Shown here in pieces: positions 18,641 through 27,018 of a stretch of 43,336 nucleotides of DNA. The notes below the pieces were generated by a model. The model saw only the letters and a list, made by a program, of their open reading frames with translations, was not told where the DNA came from and searched no databases. Source of the stretch: Acidobacteriota bacterium (GTDB lineage Bacteria; Acidobacteriota; Polarisedimenticolia; SMYD01); NCBI GenBank assembly GCA_027295805.1, contig JAPUKF010000333.1, forward strand, positions 1-43,336, given 5' to 3'. Position numbers and translations under genes: made by a program. Each line of letters opens with the position of its first letter. Position 1 is the first letter of the stretch.

Positions 18641-19806
18641 GCCGGTCCACCGGCCAGGGGGTCCTGCCCTGACAGGCGCTGGTATTCATCCAGGGCGAAG
18701 CGATCGGTCATGCCGGCCACGTAGTCACAGATGCCCCGCTCAACGGGGTCGCCGCTACCCCCACGACGGAGGTGGGGATCGGGCATGCGCTCCGGCGCGT
18801 CGGCATAAGCAGCGAACAACCCCTCGATGACCCTGCGATAGCGCCCCCGGGTGGCTTCCATGTGCGGATGCCGGTAGAGATGCTGGTTAAGGTAGCGTTT
18901 CAGATCGAGATTGCGGGTCGCCACGTCCCGGGGCAGGCCGATGAGTGTCTCGTCGCAAGCCCTCACATCCGCAAGAGTCCCCACGCCGGCCTCCTGCAGG
19001 CGCAAGGTTGATGATTGCACCAGTTCGGTCACCAGTTCATCCACCAGCCCACGTAAAGTCATGGCCTGGAGCTGAAACGGATCCGCCTTGGGGTAGCGGT
19101 CTTTGGTGCGAGCGGCATGATCGGCGAAGAGGGGGACTTCCGCCGCCAGGTCATCGTACTTCAGCAGTCGCGACTCCAGACCGTCATCGATATCGTGGTG
19201 GTTGTAGGCGATCTCATCCACCAGGTCGAGCATTTGTGCTTCCAGAGGGGCACCCAGGTCGGGATCGAACTGGCCGAACTCGGGGTCCCGCTTGGCATCA
19301 ATGCGGCCCGAGTGCTTGGCGATGCCCTCCCGGACTTCCCAGGTCAGGTTCAAACCAGGAAAGTCGGGGTACCGATCCTCCAGGACTTCCACAATGCGCA
19401 GAGACTGGCGGTTGTGGTTGAACCCACCATGCCCGACCATGAGGCCATCCAGGACCTCCTCTCCCAGATGCCCGAAGGGTGTGTGCCCCAGGTCATGGGA
19501 AAGGGCGAGGGATTCAACCAAATCGTTATTCAGATGGAGGGCCTGAGAGACGGTGCGGCCGATGAGAGAGACTTCCAGGCTGTGGGTCAGGCGGGTCCGG
19601 TAGTGGTCGCCTTCATGATTGACGAAGACCTGGGTCTTGTATTCCATGCGGCGAAAAGCGCGGGAGTGAACAATACGGTCCCGATCTCGCTGAAATGGTG
19701 AGCGAAAGGCGTGCTCCGCCTCAGGATGACGGCGGCCACGGGAATTGGCCGCACTGACGGCATAAGGGGCGAGAGAGCCCGGTTTCGCGGGGTGGAGACG
19801 ACTCAT
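18637..19806 (-). CDS. dGTPase-like HD-domain triphosphohydrolase
   Basis: Has FQRDRDRI.HS.AFRR...KTQVF, DHYRTRLTHSLEV and HDLGHTPFGH. Its stop overlaps the queG start as ATGA. The start is taken at the ATG at 19806; the ORF-track TTG is at 19818. Confidence 0.85.
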   Translation of the reverse strand: MSRLHPAKPGSLAPYAVSAANSRGRRHPEAEHAFRSPFQRDRDRIVHSRAFRRMEYKTQVFVNHEGDHYRTRLTHSLEVSLIGRTVSQALHLNNDLVESLALSHDLGHTPFGHLGEEVLDGLMVGHGGFNHNRQSLRIVEVLEDRYPDFPGLNLTWEVREGIAKHSGRIDAKRDPEFGQFDPDLGAPLEAQMLDLVDEIAYNHHDIDDGLESRLLKYDDLAAEVPLFADHAARTKDRYPKADPFQLQAMTLRGLVDELVTELVQSSTLRLQEAGVGTLADVRACDETLIGLPRDVATRNLDLKRYLNQHLYRHPHMEATRGRYRRVIEGLFAAYADAPERMPDPHLRRGGSGDPVERGICDYVAGMTDRFALDEYQRLSGQDPLAGGPA

Positions 19807-19880
19807 GGCGGGGGGCAATTCTAGCCCCGGGTCTCCCTCCGGCGCAAGCGCGCCCGTTGTGGCCGTGGCGGTGTTGGGCT

Positions 19881-20669
19881 ATGCTCCGCCACGCGCCGCA
19901 GGACTCAAGCCCTCCGGAGTTTGACGTGGTCCCCGAATCATACCTGCCACTCTCCCTTCTCCTCCTGGCGGCCGGAACGTTCCTTGGCGGCCTGGTTCCC
20001 CTGCTGCGCCGCTGGAGCGACGAGAGTGTCTCCATTCTTCTGTCGTTCGGCTCGGGGATTATCCTGGCAGTGATCTTTCTCCAGATGATCCCCGCCACTT
20101 TTCAACTGACCGGTACCTGGGGAGGAGCAGGCCTCCTGGCCGGCTTCATCGTGACTTCTCTGCTGGAGGCGGAGTTGCATGCCCACCGGCGGGGAGGTGG
20201 TCACGGCCACGGCGAGCCGGAGCTGCATCTGGCAGGGATGGTGGTGGCCATGGGGATGGCCATCCACGCCGTCATGGACGGGCTGGTCCTGGGAGCGGGC
20301 ATGACTCTGGAGGAACTGGCGCCATCGGTCTTCTTCGCCATTCTCATCCATAAGGGGCCTGACGCCTTTGCTCTGACCACAGTGTTGCTCGCCTCGGGTC
20401 TATCACTGCGGCGCATCCTGGTGGTGCAGGGATTCTTCTCTCTGGCGACACCGGTGGCGGCGGCGCTGGCCCTGAGCTTGCTCATGGCCCTGCCCGCGGC
20501 GGGAGTGGGAGTTGCACTTGGAGTGGCGACCGGGATACTCCTGGCCGTGGTCAGCGAGGACCTCCTGCCGGAAGTGCACCGCCGCGGTGGGCGCAGCTTC
20601 GTGTTCACGGTGGCGGCTCTGATCTCCGGTATCGCTGCGGTGGGCCTCTATGTGTTGATTCTCGCCTGA
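19881..20669 (+). CDS. ZIP-family metal cation transporter
   Basis: A multi-TM protein with a His-rich loop (HAHRRGGGHGHGE) and ZIP-like helices (HAVMDGLVLG, ILIHKGPDAFAL, SEDLLPE). The start is ambiguous between the TTG at 19857 and the ATG at 19881. Confidence 0.75.
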   Translation: MLRHAPQDSSPPEFDVVPESYLPLSLLLLAAGTFLGGLVPLLRRWSDESVSILLSFGSGIILAVIFLQMIPATFQLTGTWGGAGLLAGFIVTSLLEAELHAHRRGGGHGHGEPELHLAGMVVAMGMAIHAVMDGLVLGAGMTLEELAPSVFFAILIHKGPDAFALTTVLLASGLSLRRILVVQGFFSLATPVAAALALSLLMALPAAGVGVALGVATGILLAVVSEDLLPEVHRRGGRSFVFTVAALISGIAAVGLYVLILA

Positions 20670-20682
20670 AACCGGGGGGGAC

Positions 20683-21338
20683 ATGGCGTATCTGACTCTC
20701 AAGAGTGGACCCCGGATTTTTTACCGGGAACGTGGCCAGGGTGAACCACTGCTTCTCATCATGGGCACCGGCGCCGATCACACATTCTGGGGACCGCAGA
20801 TTGAGGCCTTCTCCAGGACATACCGGGTCATCGTGTATGACGCCCGCGGCGGGTGCGCTCTCTGCAGCTTCATGGGACCTGGGCGCGCTCCGACGCCTGG
20901 TTTCGGCGCATGATCGATACGCTGGAATATCCCATCCGTAAGAGCGATGATCGCGCGGCCTTCATTCGTTCTGCCCTCATGTGGATCCTCTCACCGTATT
21001 TTCTTGCAGAGCAGCCCGCCCTGGTTCGGGAAATGGAGGAAGCGTTCGTGGATGGCGATTATCCCCCCTCCCAGGACGGGTTGCTGGGACACTTTCATGC
21101 CGATAAGACCCATGACGCACTGGATCGGCTGGAGCAGGTGCGGGTGCCGACTCTCGTCACCTGCGGCCAATGTGACGCTCAGGTGCCCCAGCGGTACGGC
21201 CGCCAGGTAGCGGACCGTATCCCCGGTGCCACCTGGCACCTGTTCCAGGGGCCAAGGGCCTCTCACCTGGCCTGCATGGAAATGTCCGAAGAGTTCAACC
21301 GGGTGGGAATGGAGTTCCTGGCCAAGGTGGATACTTGA
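20683..21338 (+). pseudogene. Alpha/beta-hydrolase gene disrupted by an internal deletion plus frameshift
   Basis: Frame 1 encodes the N-terminus up to VIVYDARG (about 20850), then runs into nonsense. Frame 3 resumes from 20853 at ..SLQLHGTWARSDAW.. and continues through the catalytic Asp/His region (GQCDAQVP, ASHLACME). The roughly 60-70 aa that normally carry the GxSxG nucleophile elbow are absent. Confidence 0.6.
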
Positions 21339-21384
21339 ACCTCATGTTAGACTGCATGGCTCCAGAGCAGGGAGGAAGCGATTC

Positions 21385-21798
21385 ATGACGTCCCGGGGAG
21401 AAAGCTGGGCTCGGCTGGTGAGCGATCTCCTGGAGGATCTTGCCCGGGTGATGTCCTCTCACCTGCGCCTGGCTCGGCAGGAAGCCGGCGAGCAGGGGCG
21501 GGAGGTGATCCGGGGCACAGCTCTCGTCCTGGCCGGTGCCATGACCCTCCAGTCGGCGCTTATCCTGGCGGCGGCCGGCCTGGCCCTCGCGGTGGGGCGC
21601 TGGCTGCATGAGCCCATTCTGGGACTGCTGGCGGCAGCCGCTATGTTGCTTGTTGCAGGCCTTGCTCTCCTGTTGTGGGGTCGCGGTCGTTTGCGACGGC
21701 TGCGCCTGCTGGCTGAAACCTGTGAAGAATTGGGAGAATCTCGACGGTGGTTGGAGAAAGAAATTTTCCCCCGCCTGAGGCGGAACGCAGACGACTGA
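21385..21798 (+). CDS. Holin-X-like (Phage_holin_3_6/DUF1469-type) membrane protein
   Basis: Has an amphipathic N-terminus (LVSDLLEDLARVMSSHLRLARQE), two TM helices and a basic tail. The ATG at 21385 has GGAGGA 8 nt upstream; the ORF-track start at 21226 lies inside the hydrolase remnant. Confidence 0.65.
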   Translation: MTSRGESWARLVSDLLEDLARVMSSHLRLARQEAGEQGREVIRGTALVLAGAMTLQSALILAAAGLALAVGRWLHEPILGLLAAAAMLLVAGLALLLWGRGRLRRLRLLAETCEELGESRRWLEKEIFPRLRRNADD

Positions 21799-22115
21799 GG
21801 GCCGAACTGGCGACAGCTCGGGCCGGAGTCAGCCGGAATCTGGCGGCGGTGGAAGCTCGCCTGCGGGGCCCGCTGCGGCAGGTGGTCCGCTGGCGCTGGT
21901 CGGTGCCGGTGCTGCTGACGGCGGTCGCCGGTGTTCTGGTGGCAAATCTTGGCCGGAGGCGACGTCCCTCCATGGGCCGGGAGCAGGAGCGCCACTGGGC
22001 CCAGAGCCTTCTGCGAACCACTCTTGCACCCCTCCTGCTGCGCGCGGCTGCCCGCTATGTGGAGGCCCGCCTGCTGGCGGCCGGCCGCCGGGGGCCGACC
22101 ATGCCTGGGCGGTGA
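21747..22115 (+). CDS. DUF3618-like small membrane protein
   Basis: Has a coiled N-terminus (AERRRLRAELATARAGVSRNLAAVEARL), one TM helix and a basic C-terminus. The GTG start has GGGAGA 9 nt upstream. It overlaps the preceding gene by 52 nt. Confidence 0.45.
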   Translation: MVGERNFPPPEAERRRLRAELATARAGVSRNLAAVEARLRGPLRQVVRWRWSVPVLLTAVAGVLVANLGRRRRPSMGREQERHWAQSLLRTTLAPLLLRAAARYVEARLLAAGRRGPTMPGR

Positions 22116-22119
22116 TTCG

Positions 22120-22149
22120 TTGCGCGCGCGCGCGAGGCCGTGATAGATT
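22120..22149 (+). promoter_or_regulatory. Putative promoter of tRNA-Ala
   Basis: TTGCGC (22120-25), an 18-nt spacer containing a (GC)6 run, then TAGATT (22144-49). The -10 element ends 10 nt before the mature tRNA 5' end. Confidence 0.35.
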
Positions 22150-22159
22150 CGCGCATCTT

Positions 22160-22235
22160 GGGCGGCTAGCTCAGCTGGGAGAGCACCACGTTCGCAACGT
22201 GGGGGTCGAGGGTTCGAGTCCCTTGCCGTCCACCA
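22160..22235 (+). tRNA. tRNA-Ala (anticodon CGC), CCA encoded
   Basis: I folded a 76-nt cloverleaf by hand. The acceptor stem is GGGCGGC/GCCGTCC with the G3:U70 alanine identity pair. The D arm is GCTC/GAGC, the anticodon stem is CCACG/CGTGG with loop TTCGCAA, and the T arm is GAGGG-TTCGAGT-CCCTT. Confidence 0.95.
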
Positions 22236-22277
22236 GCCCCCTCCTTCTTCTTCGCCCAGGAGACCTCTGTCCGGGCC

Positions 22278-24053
22278 TCAGAAACTCCAGAACACAGGAA
22301 TGAGGATGGTCGCCAGGATCCACAGCATAAAAACGAGAGGAGCGCCTACGCGCGCGAAGTCCGTGAAGCGATAGCCACCGGCGCCATAGACCAGGGTGTT
22401 GGTCTGGTAGCCGATGGGGGTGACAAATGATGCGGAAGCCGCGATGGTCACGGCGACGAGAAAGGGACGGGTGTCGACCCCGAGACTCTCGGCCGTGGAC
22501 AGGGCAATGGGAACCATGAGTACCGCGGCGGCGTTATTGGACAGCATTTCCGTGCAGATGGCCGTCAGGAGATAAACCGCTGCCAAGACGGCGTAGGGGC
22601 CCAGGCCGGAGGTCAGGCGGACCAGTTCATCGGCGATGGCGCGGGCCGTGCCTGTGTCCTTCAGGGCAACGCCCAGGGCCATGGTGCCGGCGATGAGGAC
22701 AAGGAGCTTGAAGTCCACGGCGCTGTAGACCTCCCGGGGACTCACGCATCCGCCAAGAACCATGAGAAGGGCCCCGGTCATGGCCGCGGGCAGGAGCGGA
22801 ACGACACCGGTGGTGATGGCCAGGACCACACCAGCCAGGATGCCCAGGGCCCAGGCAGCTTTTGACTTGGGCACCCGCACCGGGCGCGGTTGCTCCAGGA
22901 GAATGAATTCATCCACGTTCTGCAACTGGTTCACCGCGTTCTCATCACCGTAGAGCAGAAGGATGTCCCCGGCGCGCAGCTCCATTTCAGTGACCTTGTC
23001 GCGGAAATGGGCCCCCCGGCGCTGCAGTGCCATGACCGTGACGCGATAGAGACGGCGGAAGCGGGCATCTCCCACCTGCACGCCTACCAGGGGCGAGTTG
23101 GGCAGGATGACAACCTCGGCCATGGTGGCCGCGGTGGGGTCGAAACGCAACTGCCCACTGGCCAGTTCCGGCAGAATCTCCAGGCGATCCTCTCCCTGGA
23201 CCGAAACGAGGGTGTCCACCACCCCGCGGCTCATCAGGACATCACCGGCCTGGATGATGATCTTGTCCAGGGGCGGCCAGAGGATCTGTTCACCCCGCAC
23301 CACCTGGAGGATGGTGAGATCCGGATGGCGGGCGAGGACCGACTTGGCAAGAGTGGACCCCACCAGGGAGCTGCCCGCGCCCACCTGGATCTCGGTGAGA
23401 TACTCCCGTGGAGCGCGAGGGCCGGCGACGGCTGAAACCGGGCGCCGCTCCGGCAGGAGGTAGCGGCCCGCCGTCAGCATGTAGACAATGCCCACAGCCG
23501 TGAAGGTGAGGCCTATGGGAGCGAGCTCGAACATGCCCAGCGGGGGAGAGCCGTTGTCCACGGCCAGACCCGACACCAGGAGATTGGTGGAAGTGCCTAT
23601 CAGGGTGCAGGTGCCACCGAAGATGGAGGCGAAGGAGAGGGGCATGAGCAGGCGGGACGGGCTGGTGCCGAACTTATGGGCCAGGGAAATCACCAGGGGA
23701 ATGAAGATCACCACCACGGTGGTGTTGTTGATGAACGCCGACATGGAGGCCGCCGTCAGCATCAGGAGGAAGAGCAGCAGCAGAGGGCCGCCCCGCGAAA
23801 AGCGGATCAGACGTTCGGCCACGAAGGCCAGGGCACCCGTGTTGTTGAGGCCCGCGGCCAGAACGAACATGGCCGCCACCGTGAGCAGGGCAGGATGTGC
23901 GAAACCGGCAAAGGCCTGTTCAGGTCTGACCAGTCCCAGGAGGGTCACGGACACCATGAGCCCCATGCCCACCAGGTCCACCCGCACCAGTTCGGTCACG
24001 AACAGGAAGAGAGCGAGGGCCATGAGGACCAGCACGATGATCATGGCACCCAC
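22278..24053 (-). CDS. SLC13/DASS-family permease with two internal TrkA-C domains
   Basis: The 591-aa ORF has repeated transporter halves flanking a soluble insert. The insert has two TrkA_C-like units (..ILQVVRGEQILWP..IIQAGDVLM.. and ..VMALQRRGAHFRD..ELRAGDILLLYG..). The GTG start has AGGAGA 7 nt upstream. Confidence 0.85.
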   Translation of the reverse strand: MGAMIIVLVLMALALFLFVTELVRVDLVGMGLMVSVTLLGLVRPEQAFAGFAHPALLTVAAMFVLAAGLNNTGALAFVAERLIRFSRGGPLLLLFLLMLTAASMSAFINNTTVVVIFIPLVISLAHKFGTSPSRLLMPLSFASIFGGTCTLIGTSTNLLVSGLAVDNGSPPLGMFELAPIGLTFTAVGIVYMLTAGRYLLPERRPVSAVAGPRAPREYLTEIQVGAGSSLVGSTLAKSVLARHPDLTILQVVRGEQILWPPLDKIIIQAGDVLMSRGVVDTLVSVQGEDRLEILPELASGQLRFDPTAATMAEVVILPNSPLVGVQVGDARFRRLYRVTVMALQRRGAHFRDKVTEMELRAGDILLLYGDENAVNQLQNVDEFILLEQPRPVRVPKSKAAWALGILAGVVLAITTGVVPLLPAAMTGALLMVLGGCVSPREVYSAVDFKLLVLIAGTMALGVALKDTGTARAIADELVRLTSGLGPYAVLAAVYLLTAICTEMLSNNAAAVLMVPIALSTAESLGVDTRPFLVAVTIAASASFVTPIGYQTNTLVYGAGGYRFTDFARVGAPLVFMLWILATILIPVFWSF

Positions 24054-24064
24054 GGTCGGGTCTC

Positions 24065-24697
24065 CTAGCTTTCCAGGATGCCGTCAGGATCGGAGTTGGC
24101 CAGGACCGTGCGGTAGTAAGGGAGCAGTTCTGTCTCATAGATGGATGCAAGGCCATCCATGAGTTCCAGGGGATCGTCGGCGTAAACCACCCGTGCCCCG
24201 GTGTCCTTGTGGATAAAAGAGATGATTTGGCGCAGGTTTTCGGTAATGCCGCCTGTTCCCGTGAGGGCGCCGATGATCTTCGCCTCATCGTAGGCGATGG
24301 CGAACTCTCCCAGGGTACCTGAGCGACCGCCGGCCAGGATCACCATGTCACAGGTGCGGATATTCTCGATTTCACGGCCCATGAGCCCGGAGCCCGTGTA
24401 GATGATGACATCATAGCCGCGACAGGGCGATCTGTACTTGAGCATGTGCTCGCCGAAGTTGAGGGCTGGGCTGATGCCCACCACGGTGCCGCCCTCGGCG
24501 TTGGCCCCGCGCACCGCCTGGTGAGGCAACCCGGGGCAGGCGCCGGTGACCAGGACCCAGTTGCGCCGGGCGATCTCCTGTCCCAGCTGGTAGACCTTAT
24601 CCATGACGCCGGGAGCAATATCGCCGCCGGCGGATCCCATGACACCCACGGCGACGCGGTGCAGTTTGCTGGGGTCTCTATCTGGAGATAAACCCAT
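24065..24697 (-). CDS. LOG-like / TIGR00725-type SLOG-superfamily protein
   Basis: Has a Rossmann-like VGVMGSAGG start, VLVTGACPG, and the LOG-type GGRSGTLGEF (PGGxGTxxE-like) motif. The ATG at 24697 has GGGAGG 5 nt upstream. Its TAG stop is embedded in the SD of the downstream SLC13 gene. Confidence 0.7.
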   Translation of the reverse strand: MGLSPDRDPSKLHRVAVGVMGSAGGDIAPGVMDKVYQLGQEIARRNWVLVTGACPGLPHQAVRGANAEGGTVVGISPALNFGEHMLKYRSPCRGYDVIIYTGSGLMGREIENIRTCDMVILAGGRSGTLGEFAIAYDEAKIIGALTGTGGITENLRQIISFIHKDTGARVVYADDPLELMDGLASIYETELLPYYRTVLANSDPDGILES

Positions 24698-24739
24698 ATT
24701 GACCTCCCAACCCAGAGCGCAGTATCTTACCATGGTGAT

Positions 24740-24768
24740 TTGCTTCTCCCCACTGCGCCCCTTAGATT
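24740..24768 (+). promoter_or_regulatory. Putative promoter of the 147-aa repeat protein gene
   Basis: TTGCTT (24740-45), a 17-nt spacer, then TAGATT (24763-68). GGGGGGAGGA and the ATG at 24790 follow downstream. Confidence 0.4.
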
Positions 24769-24789
24769 CATCCAAGGGGGGAGGAACCG

Positions 24790-25233
24790 ATGGAGAAGAC
24801 TCTGGCGGCCCGCGAGAAAATCGTGGCGCATCTCAAGGACGGCGAAATCTGCAAAGGGTACACCCGTGATTTCGATGGCCTGCGGACGTCATTCCATGTC
24901 TACAGCCCGGAGAATCCGATAGCCCGATCGTCCCGCATCGAACTGGATGAACTGAAGGCTCTTTTTTATGTACGCAGCTGGAAAGGCCGCGCGGGTCGGG
25001 TGGAGCGCTGCTACTCCTTCGCCCAGGAGAAACGCCCCCTGGGCAGGCGTGCCGCGGTGCGCTTTCGCGATGGCGAGCGCATCTGGGGTTATGTCCTGGA
25101 TGAAGAACCTGCTCATGCAGGCTTCTTCATGATTCCCGCCAATCCTCAGGATAACAATCTGAAGATCTTCGTGATTCACTCGGCCATGGAAGAGATTTCC
25201 TACCTCCCTGACGAGGTCGAAACAAGCCACTGA
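24790..25233 (+). CDS. Hypothetical protein built from two tandem beta-rich repeats
   Basis: In the 147-aa ORF, residues about 10-62 and 86-140 align. IVAHLKDGEICKGYTRDFDGLRTSFHVYSPENP matches AAVRFRDGERIWGYVLDEEPAHAGFFMIPANPQ, and ELKALFYV matches LKIFVIHS. I recognise no family with confidence. Confidence 0.65.
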   Translation: MEKTLAAREKIVAHLKDGEICKGYTRDFDGLRTSFHVYSPENPIARSSRIELDELKALFYVRSWKGRAGRVERCYSFAQEKRPLGRRAAVRFRDGERIWGYVLDEEPAHAGFFMIPANPQDNNLKIFVIHSAMEEISYLPDEVETSH

Positions 25234-25303
25234 CGCCGCCTCATCCCGAGGCCCCGACTGCCCCGCCTGCGTGGTAGGATTCCCATCCACGCCGGGAAAG
25301 TCA

Positions 25304-26995
25304 ATGAGCCAAATCGAGAGAGAGAGCCTGCCCCTGGACGTCTTGTTCGTGGGCGGTGGCCCTGCCGGGCTCGCTGGCGCTCTGCGCCTGCGCCAGTTGC
25401 TGGATGCCCATAATGCCGCAGGAGTTGGGGAGCCTCTGGACCTGGAGATCGCGGTCATCGACAAGGCGCGTGAACCCGGCAAGCATGGTATTTCAGGCGC
25501 GGTCTTCAACGCGGCCTACCTGCGGGAATTGATCCCTGATTGCAAGGAGAAGGGCGCGCCGCTGGAGCGGAAGGTCGGCGAAAACATCTTCGCCATCCTC
25601 ACGCGTGGCACGGCCCTGCCCATCCCCAAAATGCTGGTGCCGCGCCAGAATCGTCACGTGGGCGATTACTGGACCATCTCCCTGGGGCGCATGGTGGGCT
25701 GGCTGGCTGAGCAGGTCGAGGAGGCGGGCGTTTATGTGTTCCCGGATACCTGCGGGGTCGAGATCCTGTACGACCAGGAGGGCAGGGTCAACGGCGTGCG
25801 CACCGGCGATAAGGGCCTGGATGGGGATGGAAATCCCAAGGCCAACTTCGAGCCCGGACTCGACCTGCGCGCGCGGGTGACGGTTTTCTGCGAAGGCCCG
25901 CGGGGGACCCTGGCCGAGGACCTGATCCAGAAGTTCGACCTGCGCGCCGAGTGTAACCCGCAGATCTATTCACTGGGAGTCAAAGAGACCATTCGTGTGC
26001 CGCGGGCAACATCAGGACGGGGCACGGTGGTGCACACCATGGGATACCCGCTGCCCGGGTATGCTTTCGGCGGTGGCTTCCTCTATGAACTGGCGGACAA
26101 TCATTACACCCTGGGGCTCGTGGTCTCGCTGGGTCATGGCAACCCGGCGCTCGATGTACAGCAGGAATTCAACCTCTGGAAGGCGCATCCTTTCATCCGC
26201 CGCTATATCGACGGCGGCGAGGTGGTTTCCTACGGGGCCAAGGTGATTCCCGAGGGAGGCTATTTCTCCCTCCCTCGGCTTTACGCGCCGGGCGCTCTTC
26301 TCTGCGGGGACTCGGCCGGCTTCGTCCATGTCAGCCAGCTCAAGGGCATCCATCTGGCCATGAAGAGCGGCATGCTGGCCGCCGAAAAAGCGTTTGCCGC
26401 CCTGGCCGCCGACGATGTCTCCGCCGACGGCCTCAAGAGTTACCATGATGCGATTCATGAGCATGCCATGACCCGCTCTCTCTGGCGGGATCGCAATTTT
26501 CGGCAGGCTTTCCGCCATGGCCTTCCCGCCGGCCTCATCCTGTCCCAGTTGTACAGCATGCTGGGCGGGGGGCCGCGCCGGCGTTTCCGGGTTGAAGAGG
26601 ACCACAAAGCATGGCGGAACGTTTCCCATTTCAAGCCCCGGCCGGAACCGCCTCGGGATGATCTGCTTCTGGACAAGTTGACCGATGTGGACCGATCACG
26701 GACTGAACATCGCGAGGATCAGCCCAGCCATATCAAAATTCTCGACCGGGACATCTGCGCAACCACCTGCCTGCCGCGCTACGGTCAGGCACCCTGCACC
26801 CACTTCTGCCCTGCCCAGGTTTATGAACTTGAAGAGCAGGAGGGAACGCCGTTCATCCGGGTGAACTTCAGCAACTGTGTCCATTGCAAGACCTGTGTCA
26901 TCGTGGATCCCTGTGCCAGCGGTCAGGTGGCGGGCATGCAGAACATCCAATGGCGGGCGCCTGCCGAAGGCGGGCCCCGCTATCAGCTTCTCTGA
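25304..26995 (+). CDS. Electron-transfer flavoprotein:ubiquinone oxidoreductase (ETF-QO)
   Basis: Has the FAD motif DVLFVGGGPAGLAGA and the C-terminal 4Fe-4S region (CPAQVYE, NCVHCKTCVIVDP, W..PEGGPRY). The start is taken at the ATG at 25304 (MSQIERE..). Confidence 0.88.
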   Translation: MSQIERESLPLDVLFVGGGPAGLAGALRLRQLLDAHNAAGVGEPLDLEIAVIDKAREPGKHGISGAVFNAAYLRELIPDCKEKGAPLERKVGENIFAILTRGTALPIPKMLVPRQNRHVGDYWTISLGRMVGWLAEQVEEAGVYVFPDTCGVEILYDQEGRVNGVRTGDKGLDGDGNPKANFEPGLDLRARVTVFCEGPRGTLAEDLIQKFDLRAECNPQIYSLGVKETIRVPRATSGRGTVVHTMGYPLPGYAFGGGFLYELADNHYTLGLVVSLGHGNPALDVQQEFNLWKAHPFIRRYIDGGEVVSYGAKVIPEGGYFSLPRLYAPGALLCGDSAGFVHVSQLKGIHLAMKSGMLAAEKAFAALAADDVSADGLKSYHDAIHEHAMTRSLWRDRNFRQAFRHGLPAGLILSQLYSMLGGGPRRRFRVEEDHKAWRNVSHFKPRPEPPRDDLLLDKLTDVDRSRTEHREDQPSHIKILDRDICATTCLPRYGQAPCTHFCPAQVYELEEQEGTPFIRVNFSNCVHCKTCVIVDPCASGQVAGMQNIQWRAPAEGGPRYQLL

Positions 26996-27018
26996 GAACG
27001 CCCGGGGGGCAGCCTCGC

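Noticed and set aside
18637-19806. The dGTPase-like gene as an anti-phage dNTP-depletion defence gene.
   Set aside because: It is embedded in a housekeeping operon with queG and has no defence-island neighbours. Its sequence looks like the ordinary Dgt-like type found in most genomes.
21385-22115. A 'phage holin' family resemblance that might indicate a prophage.
   Set aside because: There are no capsid, tail, integrase, lysin or att repeats nearby. This Holin-X/DUF1469 plus DUF3618 pairing is a common chromosomal membrane-protein module.
22122-22134. An alternating (GC)6 run, potentially Z-DNA forming, upstream of tRNA-Ala.
   Set aside because: It is short, lies in the spacer of a plausible promoter, and is not surprising in a GC-rich genome. 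There is no evidence of function.
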